NCBI GenBank assembly: GCA_016861205.1 | Contig: BOKX01000001.1 | Coordinates: 988,758 to 1,052,757 of the forward strand | Source of the DNA: Patescibacteria group bacterium | GTDB lineage: Bacteria > Patescibacteriota > Microgenomatia > UBA1400 > PJMF01 | Direction of reading: 5' to 3' | DNA length: 64,000 nt | In this document: positions 1 through 8,572 of the stretch, one piece after another | Layout: each line of letters starts with the position of its first letter | Position numbering within the stretch: position 1 is the first letter of the stretch | The notes under the pieces: generated by a model | Told to the model about the DNA's origin: nothing | Seen by the model: only the letters and a program-made list of their open reading frames with translations | Database searches by the model: none | Program-made: the position numbers and the translations under genes

Positions 1-183
1 CCATCGTTTAATGGTTAAAGGGGAGACTCGCAACAGATCGGCAACTTCACGAACAGTTAACAGGTCTGGCAAGTTGTTGATATCGAGCTTGCTGGCGTCA
101 TCGGCTCGACCAGTGCGCTTGTCATCCAAGTCACCTGGATTGCCGGGTAGGTTTGAGCTGGGTGAAAATGGCTGGTTGACCAT
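1..183 (-). CDS. Partial gene running off the window start. N-terminal helix-turn-helix (excisionase/MerR-type, '...LLTVREVADLLRVSPLTIKRW...') DNA-binding protein.
   Basis: Reverse-strand translation from ATG at 183..181 gives MVNQPFSPSSNLPGNPGDLDDKRTGRADDASKLDINNLPDLLTVREVADLLRVSPLTIKRW with no stop before position 1. The motif matches excisionase-family HTH_17 domains. It is absent from the ORF track only because it is truncated. Confidence 0.4.
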   Translation of the reverse strand, partial: MVNQPFSPSSNLPGNPGDLDDKRTGRADDASKLDINNLPDLLTVREVADLLRVSPLTIKRW

Positions 184-652
184 ACAAATCCTTTCGTGCC
201 AAAAAACGAGTTAGTTGTTGTGTTTACCACCTTCAGCTAGCACAGCTTCACCAGGTTTGGCACAAACCAGGCACAGTGGCTGAAAGGAATAACCGGTGAG
301 AAAGGATGGCAGTCATTGGTCAACTGGTTCACAGTTAGACTTTTGTAAACTCAACAGTAGCAGAGTAGGAAGAACTGGGTCAAGGGGGAGATAGTGTGTA
401 TCAGTCGTTGATAGCAAGCACGTACGGCCGTTACCCAGCCTCAGTAGCAATGTACCCATTATTATTATTGATTCACAATCGTGGTTCGGTTGGTTATCGG
501 GTGTCATCGGTGATGTATGCCAACTTATCCCCATTTTAGACTTATAACTTTTTTGAAAGCAGCCGATAATGTTTGAACTGTGAATAACTTTTACGCGACC
601 AGGCTATAACTAGAGACATAATTAATTGACAACTGGGGACAGCTGGGGAAAC

Positions 653-680
653 AAAAACCCCCGCCGGAGCGGGGGTTTTA
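653..680. terminator. Rho-independent, bidirectional terminator downstream of rplL
   Basis: 7-bp GC stem (ccccgcc/ggcgggg pairing 658-664 with 669-675), 4-nt loop, flanked by an A-run on one side and a T-run on the other. It lies 22 nt past the rplL stop. Confidence 0.7.
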
Positions 681-701
681 ATCTCGATTAAGAGGTTGAG
701 C

Positions 702-1109
702 TTACTTAAGCTCGACCACACAACCGGCTTCTTCGAGGGTTTTCTTGGCAGCTTCAGCAGCTTCCTTCTTGGCCCCTTCGAGCACGGTAGCGGGTAATGC
801 TTCGACGAAGGCTTTGGCCTCACCCAAACCTAGTTCAGGCTTGAGGGTGCGGACAGCCTTGATCGCGCCGATTTTGTTGGCGCCAGCATCTTTGATGATG
901 ACGTCAAACTCGGTTTGTTCTTCAGCTGGGGCAGCAGCGGCTCCGGCGGCAGGCATAGCGCCAGCCATCATCATAGGAGCTGCGGCGGTCACGCCGAACT
1001 TGTCTTCCAGAGCTTTCACCAGGTCTGAAACTTCCATTAAGGAGAGCTCAGCCACGGCGTCGACGATTTTCTGGACTTTTTCCGAGAGTTGTTTTTGGTC
1101 GTCGGTCAT
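702..1109 (-). CDS. rplL: 50S ribosomal protein L7/L12
   Basis: Full-length match to L7/L12: N-terminal dimerisation helix, Ala/Pro hinge, and C-terminal domain ending ...[10 protein letters not shown]. Confidence 0.95.
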   Translation of the reverse strand: MTDDQKQLSEKVQKIVDAVAELSLMEVSDLVKALEDKFGVTAAAPMMMAGAMPAAGAAAAPAEEQTEFDVIIKDAGANKIGAIKAVRTLKPELGLGEAKAFVEALPATVLEGAKKEAAEAAKKTLEEAGCVVELK

Positions 1110-1130
1110 AGGATTCCTTTCTGATAATTA

Positions 1131-1637
1131 TTATTTTTGTTTATCAGCAATAGCTTGTAAGGCGTACACCAGGTTGCGTTGACTGGCCTTGAGGACGTTG
1201 ACCAAGCCGTAAGCAGGGCCTTGGATACGACTGATCAAGGTGGCAATCAACTCGTCTTTGCCTGGCAATTGACTCAGCTGTTCGACTTCAGCTGCTGACA
1301 AGACTTTGTCAGCCATCATGCCTTGCTTAATAACTAATTTGTCGGTTTCTTTATGAAAAGCGAAGAGTTTCTTGAGAGCTGAAACTTCATCTTCATATGA
1401 CAAAGCCAGAGCATTCATTCCCTCGAGAGAGTCGCTCAGTTTGCCTTTACCCAAAGCGATGTCCATGAGGGTATTTTTGGTCACGAACAGCTCGCCACCC
1501 ACTGACTTCAGCTCGGCGCGGAGTTTGACCTGCTCATTGGCGGTGGTGCCGGCGTACTCGACGACAGCCACTGATTTAGCTTTGCTCAATTTCTCTTGCA
1601 ACAGCTGAACTTGGGTTTGATTGTGTTGGTTTGGCAT
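1131..1637 (-). CDS. rplJ: 50S ribosomal protein L10
   Basis: 168 aa with L10 family features ([19 protein letters not shown]..., C-terminal L7/L12-binding helix). Sits immediately upstream of rplL as in the conserved operon. Confidence 0.9.
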   Translation of the reverse strand: MPNQHNQTQVQLLQEKLSKAKSVAVVEYAGTTANEQVKLRAELKSVGGELFVTKNTLMDIALGKGKLSDSLEGMNALALSYEDEVSALKKLFAFHKETDKLVIKQGMMADKVLSAAEVEQLSQLPGKDELIATLISRIQGPAYGLVNVLKASQRNLVYALQAIADKQK

Positions 1638-2088
1638 ACGATTCCTTATCTAGATCTAAAGTTGAGTGAACTAGGGAAGTGTGCCAGAGGAAACAGTTCA
1701 GGGGAAACTGGTAATGTGACCAGTTTGCATGATTCTGAGGCCTCGGCGCGACTTACAGAGTATCTTGACTCAACCACGCTGTCTTCGGACAGAAGGCTAT
1801 TATACACCAGATTGGAAAGGAAGCAAGATGACACTAAGAGAAAATATGCCAGCCAGTTCTACAGAAATGAGCGACAAGGAACCAGGTCGCTTGGGTCGTT
1901 TTATGATGGGATTTTTCGAGTTATTAGCTAACTCGGCTGTGGGCTATGGGACCAGATCTGAAAACGTCTATGGTCGCGAAAAGGCTCATGATATTTGGCC
2001 GCACCCCCGTCGTGCGAGTGATGTTGGCTCACACCAGGCGATAGACCAAAGTCACAACTAAGTTGCGAGACCTTGCTATACTGACGGC

Positions 2089-2628
2089 ATGGTTGAATTC
2101 CTTCGCCCATTTAAGCGTTTTTGGCAGACCGATGATCGCCAGCCGGTGACCGCCCAGTCGAAGTTTGGTGATGAAAGGTTTTTCAAAAACCCCATCTATG
2201 AGCACAAACTGCCGTTCGAAAAGTCGGTGGCTGTTTTGGCTGAGTTCAAAAGTACCCTCAATGCCTTTTTGAGTGTTGAACATCCTCGAGCGGAGGATTT
2301 TGAACCAGTCAAAAAGTTATGGAGCCACCTTGATTCACTCCGGGCGGCTGAGGCCCAAAATCTCCAAGAGCTGATGTCAGCCGTGTACCAGAAGTATGAG
2401 ACCATGGCTGAGACGATTTACGTCCGGCAAGTGAAGAACTGGTTGCCAGGAATGAGTCAGTTCTACTTAGCCAAGTGTGTCGCCGATCTCAAGTTTTTTG
2501 AAGACAATAGCGTTACAACTCGACCACTGGCCTATAAACTGTACGATGCAGTCCAAAAAGCCCCAGCTATCCACGCTCAAGTCCGTGATACTGATGCCTG
2601 GCACACCCTCATCAAGCTCAGCCGGTAG
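2089..2628 (+). CDS. Hypothetical protein (179 aa)
   Basis: Long ORF with ordinary composition and no recognisable motif. Fills the gap between rplJ and thrS. Confidence 0.45.
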   Translation: MVEFLRPFKRFWQTDDRQPVTAQSKFGDERFFKNPIYEHKLPFEKSVAVLAEFKSTLNAFLSVEHPRAEDFEPVKKLWSHLDSLRAAEAQNLQELMSAVYQKYETMAETIYVRQVKNWLPGMSQFYLAKCVADLKFFEDNSVTTRPLAYKLYDAVQKAPAIHAQVRDTDAWHTLIKLSR

Positions 2629-2812
2629 GTGAGCAGCCTGATGGCATACCAAAACTCCATGATATACTACCCACTATGGTATTCGTCCAAATGACCACTA
2701 CTACCTCAACTACCAACCCGTCGCGGGGGTAATTGTGGTGGCACGTCACCAACTTCACCCCGCCAGCGGCGGGGTTTTTTATTACTAATTCGTATTACAA
2801 TAGAAAGAAACT
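2629..2812 (+). promoter_or_regulatory. Candidate thrS leader with alternative antiterminator/terminator (attenuator, T-box-like element)
   Basis: AATTGTGGTGGCACGTCACC (2731-2750) resembles the T-box consensus AAUUAGGGUGGUACCGCG. gcgggg (2723-2728) can pair with ccccgc (2758-2763), which would sequester the 5' arm of the terminator hairpin 2758-2774. Several ACC (Thr) triplets occur upstream. Confidence 0.3.
2758..2783 (+). terminator. Intrinsic terminator hairpin with T-run, 30 nt upstream of the thrS start
   Basis: ccccgcc-agc-ggcgggg 7-bp stem followed by tttttt att. Confidence 0.6.
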
Positions 2813-4576
2813 ATGTCACAAAATAACGCACCATCCGAATCACTTGATCAACTTCGCCACTCAGCCGCGCACCTGCTGGCAGCCGCGGTTATGGAGCTAT
2901 GGCCAGATACCAAGCCGACGATAGGGCCAGCTATTGAAGATGGTTTTTACTACGACTTCGAGTTTGCTCAGCCGATCTCAGAGGCTGATTTTCCAGCTAT
3001 CGAAGCTAAGATGCATGAGCTGGTCAAAGACTGGTCGAGTTTCGGGCGGGAAGAAGTGTCGGCGGAAGAGGCAAAAAAGCGCTATGCACACAACGAATAC
3101 AAACTGCAATTGATCGAAAAATTTGCTGAGGAAGGGCAGACTTTAAGTCTCTATAAGTCCGGCCAGTTTGTTGATTTGTGCCGTGGTGGCCACGTTGATA
3201 ACCCAGCCAAAGCGTTACAGCACTTTAAGTTGCTGTCCTTGGCAGGTGCCTACTGGCTTGGTGACGAAAAAAATCCGATGTTGTCACGGATTTATGGCAC
3301 AGCTTTCCCAAGTGCCGATGAGTTGGCTGCGTATCTTGAACGCCGTGAACTAGCTAAGCAGCGTGACCACAAAAAACTGGGCAAAGAACTTGACCTATTT
3401 GTGTTCTCCGAAACAGTTGGGAAGGGTTTGCCACTCTGGACCCCCAGAGGTGCCGCCGTCCGTCGGGAGCTAGAACGGTTCATAGTCGACGAAGAGCTCA
3501 AGCGCGGCTATCTGCACGTTTATACACCAGATATCGCGAATTTGGCCCTCTACAAGAAGTCAGGGCACTATCCCTACTACAAGGACTCTATGTATGCGCC
3601 GATCGTCATTGATGATGACGAGTACATGCTGCGCCCGATGACCTGTCCGCACCACTTCGAGCTGTATTTGAGTCGGCCGCACTCGTACAAAGAACTGCCA
3701 ATGCGCTTTGCCGAGTTGGCGAAGCTGTACCGATATGAACAATCAGGTGAACTGAGTGGTTTACTGCGGGTGCGCAGTTTCTGTCTGGCTGATGCGCACA
3801 TTGTGTGTCGGCGTGAGCAAGCAGAGTCTGAGATCAATGGAGTGCTTGATTTGATCGAGTACATCGCGGGTGTCTTTGGCTTGAAAGCCGGTGAAAACTA
3901 CCACTATCGTTTGTCCTTGGGTGACCGAGCAGACGACAAAAAATACTTCAAGGATGACGAGTCTTGGGACTATGCCGAAAATGTCTTGCGCTCAGTGCTC
4001 AAGGCCCGCGAGGCGCACTTCGTAGAAGCTCCTCAAGAAGCAGCGTTCTATGGTCCAAAAATCGACGTCCAGATGAAAAACGTCAATGGAAAAGAAGATA
4101 CGGCCTTTACGGTACAGTATGACTTCGTGATGCCGAAACGATTTGACCTGAAGTACGTCAATGAACAGGGTGCTGAAGAGCAGCCGATTGTGGTCCATCG
4201 ATCATCGATCGGCGCGATTGAGCGGGTAATGGCGTTTTTGATTGAACACTATGGTGGTGCTTTCCCAGTTTGGTTGTCACCGGTTCAGGTCAAGTTGTTG
4301 CCGATCGCAGATCGACATCTCGACTATGCCAAACAAGTTTGGGCCAAGCTCCATGCTTTGGGTATCCGAGTTGAGCTGGACGATCGCTCAGAGCGCTTGT
4401 CGGCTAAAATTCGCGACGCGCAACTTGAGAAGGTGCCCTATATGGCTGTAATTGGTGACAAAGAGATGGCTGAAGACCAACTGACCCTGCGTCAGCGCGG
4501 CCAAAAAGAGCAATCGGTGCTCACCGTTGATGAGTTTGTGAAACAAATTCAGGCAGAGATAGCCAAAAAGCAGTAG
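2813..4576 (+). CDS. thrS: Threonyl-tRNA synthetase (short form lacking the N-terminal TGS domain)
   Basis: 587 aa with an editing/second additional domain (HSAAHLLAAAV), class II catalytic core and a C-terminal anticodon-binding domain. Strong overall ThrRS similarity. Confidence 0.95.
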   Translation: MSQNNAPSESLDQLRHSAAHLLAAAVMELWPDTKPTIGPAIEDGFYYDFEFAQPISEADFPAIEAKMHELVKDWSSFGREEVSAEEAKKRYAHNEYKLQLIEKFAEEGQTLSLYKSGQFVDLCRGGHVDNPAKALQHFKLLSLAGAYWLGDEKNPMLSRIYGTAFPSADELAAYLERRELAKQRDHKKLGKELDLFVFSETVGKGLPLWTPRGAAVRRELERFIVDEELKRGYLHVYTPDIANLALYKKSGHYPYYKDSMYAPIVIDDDEYMLRPMTCPHHFELYLSRPHSYKELPMRFAELAKLYRYEQSGELSGLLRVRSFCLADAHIVCRREQAESEINGVLDLIEYIAGVFGLKAGENYHYRLSLGDRADDKKYFKDDESWDYAENVLRSVLKAREAHFVEAPQEAAFYGPKIDVQMKNVNGKEDTAFTVQYDFVMPKRFDLKYVNEQGAEEQPIVVHRSSIGAIERVMAFLIEHYGGAFPVWLSPVQVKLLPIADRHLDYAKQVWAKLHALGIRVELDDRSERLSAKIRDAQLEKVPYMAVIGDKEMAEDQLTLRQRGQKEQSVLTVDEFVKQIQAEIAKKQ

Positions 4577-4583
4577 CGGCTTG

Positions 4584-4994
4584 CTAAGCTCGTGGTTTAC
4601 CTAGTGCGACCAACGCTTTTGATGTGCGGTCAAACCCCTCGAGAGGTTTTTCGAGCTGAGCTAACATAGCCCTGACTTCGTGATGCTTGGGGTACACAAT
4701 AGCTACCCGTTCAATTTTGGGTTCGTCTTGGAGCTTGATGATCGTATCAAGAGCGGCTGGGGCCAAGCTTTGACACTGTTCGAGATTAAACAGCACTCGG
4801 TTAGGTTTGGGGCCAGCTAGGATACGGGCCGAGACGGCTTCAAGTTCTGTGCCACTTTGCAGGTGGCCATTGATTTCGATAACCCACTTGTGAAACTCGG
4901 GAAAAACATACTGTCGCTCCTGAAGGCGAGAGCGGTGCTGAAGCGCCTCAATTTGCAGTTGGTTGAAATGGCGATTTTTGTCAGGTGGATGCAT
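4584..4994 (-). CDS. Hypothetical protein (136 aa)
   Basis: ORF only; no motif recognised. Confidence 0.4.
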   Translation of the reverse strand: MHPPDKNRHFNQLQIEALQHRSRLQERQYVFPEFHKWVIEINGHLQSGTELEAVSARILAGPKPNRVLFNLEQCQSLAPAALDTIIKLQDEPKIERVAIVYPKHHEVRAMLAQLEKPLEGFDRTSKALVALGKPRA

Positions 4995-5017
4995 GGCAGA
5001 CTCGAGTGTGAAAATAC

Positions 5018-5431
5018 TTACTCTATTGTAGCATCGGCAGCCGCGGCAGCCTCGGCTGTCTCTTGTGCCACGTTTAAGCCAAGCAAAATTTGAGCCGCAT
5101 GAATATCTGGCTGGGTGCCAATTTTTTGGCCCAAACCTGAGGCTTCTAGGAGACTGGCTTGGAAGCTGTCACGGGGCTTGACCAAGGTCATTTTGGCTCC
5201 ATGGCGCACAACGGTTTGCAGATAAATGGCGTGTAGGGCGGTGTAAAACGCAGACCCTATCGACGTGACTTCAGCCAAGTTCATGATGATGTACGTACCA
5301 GCGGCATAGCGCCTGGCTTCAGTTTCTAGTTGACTGGCATTAGTCCAGTTAACTTCACCACTGACCGCAATGCTGGCTACACTGATTCCGTTTTGTTGGA
5401 AAAGTTCAGTTCTGAGTGCTAGGTTTGACAT
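5018..5431 (-). CDS. STAS-domain protein (anti-sigma-factor antagonist-like)
   Basis: About 110-aa core with the STAS/SpoIIAA-like alternation of hydrophobic strands (YIIMNLAEVTSIGSAFYTAL...) and an Ala-rich tail. Confidence 0.45.
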   Translation of the reverse strand: MSNLALRTELFQQNGISVASIAVSGEVNWTNASQLETEARRYAAGTYIIMNLAEVTSIGSAFYTALHAIYLQTVVRHGAKMTLVKPRDSFQASLLEASGLGQKIGTQPDIHAAQILLGLNVAQETAEAAAAADATIE

Positions 5432-5513
5432 AGTTGCGGTTGATTATAAAGGCAGAGCTTCAAACCACAATACGTACCTGTGACCAGTAGACAGAGTGAC
5501 GGTGAAACCGAGG

Positions 5514-6278
5514 TTACTCGATCACCACTTTGACGCTGGGACTCATGCTGGCTGAGATGCTGAGCTTGACCACTTTGCCTTTGAGGGCAGCGAGCAGAGC
5601 TTGCAGATTTTCAACCAAAGCCTTGGTGTCCATGTCAGTTTTGCCGATCGAAACGTGCATCAAAGGAGCTTTCTTTTCGCCCTTGAGGGTCACTTTGCCA
5701 CCTTCGAGCTCTTGTTTTTTGAGCTCAGGGTTGGCAGTGACGGTGCCGTTTTTCGGGTTTGGCATCAAACCTTTAGGACCGAGTACCTTAGCAAACTTGG
5801 CCAATTGAGGCATGAAACGAGGCTCAGTCACCAGCACGTCGAAGTTGAGTTGACCAGCTTCGATCTCTTTCAAAACCTGCTCGTTCACAATAGCAACAGT
5901 TAAGCTGCGACCGGTTGAGTGAGGGAAAGCCATGTTGACTTGGAAACCCTCTTCTTTGAGCACTGCATCAGCAGTGACGGTGCCGGCAAACTTGGTGTAA
6001 CTGAGTTTTTTGACCAGCTCCACTGCGGCAAACACGTCGTACGTTTTGGTCTTGTCGACTTGAGCACGAACAGCTTGATATTGGTGACTGCGAACTCGAG
6101 CGGCCTTCTTTGGCTTGGCGGCAGTTTCGCTGGATTCGACTGCTGGTGCAGCTTCAACAGCTACGACAGTTTCTTCACCGGCTGGAGTAGTTTCGATCAC
6201 GGTTTCTGACGCGACGTCACCCACAATTTTCACGGTGTCTTCAGTCATGGTTTTAACGATGTTTTTTTTGCTTCCCAT
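5514..6278 (-). CDS. rplA: 50S ribosomal protein L1 (with an N-terminal extension of about 45 aa)
   Basis: C-terminal 200 aa match L1 (…GPKGLMPNPKNGTV…MHVSIGKTDM…). Located downstream of rplK as in the rplKA operon. Confidence 0.9.
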   Translation of the reverse strand: MGSKKNIVKTMTEDTVKIVGDVASETVIETTPAGEETVVAVEAAPAVESSETAAKPKKAARVRSHQYQAVRAQVDKTKTYDVFAAVELVKKLSYTKFAGTVTADAVLKEEGFQVNMAFPHSTGRSLTVAIVNEQVLKEIEAGQLNFDVLVTEPRFMPQLAKFAKVLGPKGLMPNPKNGTVTANPELKKQELEGGKVTLKGEKKAPLMHVSIGKTDMDTKALVENLQALLAALKGKVVKLSISASMSPSVKVVIE

Positions 6279-6290
6279 ATAGTCCTTACC

Positions 6291-6713
6291 TTATTTGACA
6301 GCTACTCCCATACTTTTGGCCGTGCCGATGACACTTTGCATGGCTGACTCAACACTAGTGGTGTTGAGGTCAGGCAGTTTTTGCTCGGCGATGGCTTTCA
6401 CTTGATCCATCGTCAAGGTGCCCACGGTTTCGCGACCAGTGGTTTTACTACCTTGTTTTAACTTCAGGGCTTGTTTGATCATTTCTGCCACAGGTGGGAG
6501 TTTCAGGACGAACTTGAATGAGCGATCCTCAAAAATAGTGATCTCAGCTGGAATAACTTGACCTCGTTTGTCTGAGGTTTTGTCATTGTACTGCTTGAGG
6601 AAGTCCATCATGTTAATACCAGCTTGACCCAAAATTGGACCAATTGGAGGGGCAGGGGTAGCTGACCCAGCTGGTAGGTTTAACTTCAGAATATTTACGA
6701 CTTTTTTAGCCAT
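6291..6713 (-). CDS. rplK: 50S ribosomal protein L11
   Basis: 140 aa: MAKKVVNILKLNLPAGSATPAPPIGPILGQAGIN… is the canonical L11 N-terminal domain. Confidence 0.95.
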   Translation of the reverse strand: MAKKVVNILKLNLPAGSATPAPPIGPILGQAGINMMDFLKQYNDKTSDKRGQVIPAEITIFEDRSFKFVLKLPPVAEMIKQALKLKQGSKTTGRETVGTLTMDQVKAIAEQKLPDLNTTSVESAMQSVIGTAKSMGVAVK

Positions 6714-6894
6714 ACAAACTCCTTATTTAATAGTTGCTTATCTTGTGTGACAGGGGAAAGACGACGAAATTGACCACAGGTCAAAAAGTAGATGTGTCGC
6801 CAACCGGCTGTCGGTCGCTCCCTCAATTTTTGAGTCGCCGAGGTGAAGCGAGACCTGTATTGTACCACAAGCTTGGGGAAAATGCGCCGACTAT

Positions 6895-7650
6895 TTAGCG
6901 AAAACTGCTTTTTGGAGTGCTGTGCAAGAAGGTGCCGGTTGGGGTCAGGAGCTGCAGCTGTTCAGGGTAGGTGCTTTTGGGAGGTCCAAAAACGTTGATA
7001 ACGAGCTCGGCCTGCTGCAACACCGGCGGCAGGGGCAGTTGGTAGCCAAAAATGTGGGTGCAAATTTGCACGGTACCTTTTTCGGCTGCCTCGAGAATTG
7101 TTTGGCAGCTCACGATATCGTCATTGAGGTATCGAAGAGAGGTCCAGGTGGCAGGCAGGGTTTGTTGCAATTCGAGAAGTTGGCCAAGCAACTTCTGGTA
7201 TGAAAAGGCATCGTGAAGAACGATTTGCGGGAGAGCAGACTGTTTCTTTCGTAAAAGCAGCAGCAACTCTAGCCAAGCCAGACTCAAGCCGTTTCCTAAA
7301 ATGTCAATTTTTTTATCACCAACTTGCTCTACATGGTGCAGCAAAGTCGGCAGTTGCTCAATAGTTGCGGTCAATGTCCGGCGAGTGATGCCCAAACCAC
7401 CGATTTTTTCTCGACCGGCTGCCTTAGCAGCTATTTTATGTAGTTTCGAATCATCGTACGTGTGAATGTATTGTTGACTCAGGAAAAATGGATCATCAAT
7501 GTTGTCGAGGTACTCCAGCAATTCCTGCCGATTTGGCTCGCCCAACTCAACTTTGAAAGGGGCAAGCGTCAGACCGTAGCTGCCCTCATCGACACTGACT
7601 TGGACACTGCCTTCAGTATCAAGCAAACGGCGCTCACTAAGGGTGGGCAT
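6895..7650 (-). CDS. Hypothetical protein (251 aa) inserted between nusG and rplK; possible degenerate class-I methyltransferase fold
   Basis: ORF with weak motif-I-like KIDILGNGLS and a later acidic VLHDAF segment. No confident family assignment. Confidence 0.4.
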   Translation of the reverse strand: MPTLSERRLLDTEGSVQVSVDEGSYGLTLAPFKVELGEPNRQELLEYLDNIDDPFFLSQQYIHTYDDSKLHKIAAKAAGREKIGGLGITRRTLTATIEQLPTLLHHVEQVGDKKIDILGNGLSLAWLELLLLLRKKQSALPQIVLHDAFSYQKLLGQLLELQQTLPATWTSLRYLNDDIVSCQTILEAAEKGTVQICTHIFGYQLPLPPVLQQAELVINVFGPPKSTYPEQLQLLTPTGTFLHSTPKSSFR

Positions 7651-7659
7651 ACAGGAAAG

Positions 7660-8295
7660 TTAGACTTTTTGCACTTGCAAGAAGTCGAGTTCCACTGGGG
7701 TTTCGCGGCCAAAGATGCTGACCAGCACTTCGACTTTGCCTTTTTCTTCGTTGATGGTTTTGACTGTACCCAAGAAGTCGTTGAACGGGCCATCGACGAT
7801 GCGAACAGCTTCGCCTTCCACAAACTCGGCTTTGTATTGTGGCGTAGCCTGAGTCATGTACTTCTGGATAGCTTCCACTTCGTGGCGGGGCAGAGCGGTG
7901 GGTTTGTTGCCCATACCGACGAAGCCAGTCACGCCTTGAGTGGTGCGAACCGCTAACCATGAGGCGTCAGTCAGTTCCATTTGGACTAACATGTAGCCTG
8001 GGAAAATTTTCTCGTTCACGGTTTTGCGTTGACCACGTTTGATCTGAATTTTCTCTTGAGTTGGGATCAAAACAGCTAAGATGTAGTTGGTCAGGTTGAG
8101 GGTTTCAGCACGCTGCTTCAGAGTTTCAGCCACTTTGTTCTCATGACCTGAGTAGGTGTGCACCACGTACCAACGTGCTTTTTTGTTCTCAACAGGTGAG
8201 ATGACAATCATGTTGGGTGTGTTGACTTGCACTTCCTGAACTTCTGGTGGGGTGAGTGGTTCAGTGATGTCAGTGACAGGGGTGTTTTGATTCAT
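7660..8295 (-). CDS. nusG: Transcription termination/antitermination factor NusG
   Basis: NGN domain (RWYVVHTYSGHENKV…) and C-terminal KOW domain (GEAVRIVDGPFNDFLGTV). Start chosen at the ATG at 8295 (MNQNTPV…) so that it does not overlap secE; the ORF track extends to 8445. Confidence 0.85.
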   Translation of the reverse strand: MNQNTPVTDITEPLTPPEVQEVQVNTPNMIVISPVENKKARWYVVHTYSGHENKVAETLKQRAETLNLTNYILAVLIPTQEKIQIKRGQRKTVNEKIFPGYMLVQMELTDASWLAVRTTQGVTGFVGMGNKPTALPRHEVEAIQKYMTQATPQYKAEFVEGEAVRIVDGPFNDFLGTVKTINEEKGKVEVLVSIFGRETPVELDFLQVQKV

Positions 8296-8312
8296 ATCCG
8301 ATGTATTAAAAA

Positions 8313-8501
8313 TTAAACCTGAGTAATAAGTAAAGTAATGAGTCGCTGGAACACAAAGTCCAACGTTCCCACATACGCCCCAACGACTAAGCTGACGATT
8401 ACCACTAAAGCAGTCATTTCCCAGGTCTGTTGACGACTGGGCCAAGACACTTTTTGCAGTTCGGTCACGACTTCGCGGACGAATGTAGCAGGTTTGACCA
8501 T
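8313..8501 (-). CDS. secE: Preprotein translocase subunit SecE
   Basis: 62 aa with a single TM helix and the conserved SecE N-terminus (…ELQKVSWPSRQQT…). Immediately upstream of nusG. Confidence 0.8.
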   Translation of the reverse strand: MVKPATFVREVVTELQKVSWPSRQQTWEMTALVVIVSLVVGAYVGTLDFVFQRLITLLITQV

Positions 8502-8572
8502 AGATTTGTTATTGTATCAGACAAGCGCAAAATTCGAAATGGCCGACCGTTGAACCAAAATACTGCTAGTAA

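Noticed and set aside
745-1182. 145-aa ORF on the + strand (and the 542..823 minus-strand ORF) overlapping rplL
   Set aside because: It is entirely antisense or overlapping to the well-supported L7/L12 gene. The Ala-rich product simply mirrors the GC-rich Ala codons of rplL.
1596-2061. ORFs 1596..1931 and 1729..2061 (+) in the 450-nt region upstream of rplJ
   Set aside because: They overlap each other in different frames, have no supporting motif, and lie where the rplJ-rplL 5' leader (minus strand) is expected. They are treated as non-coding.
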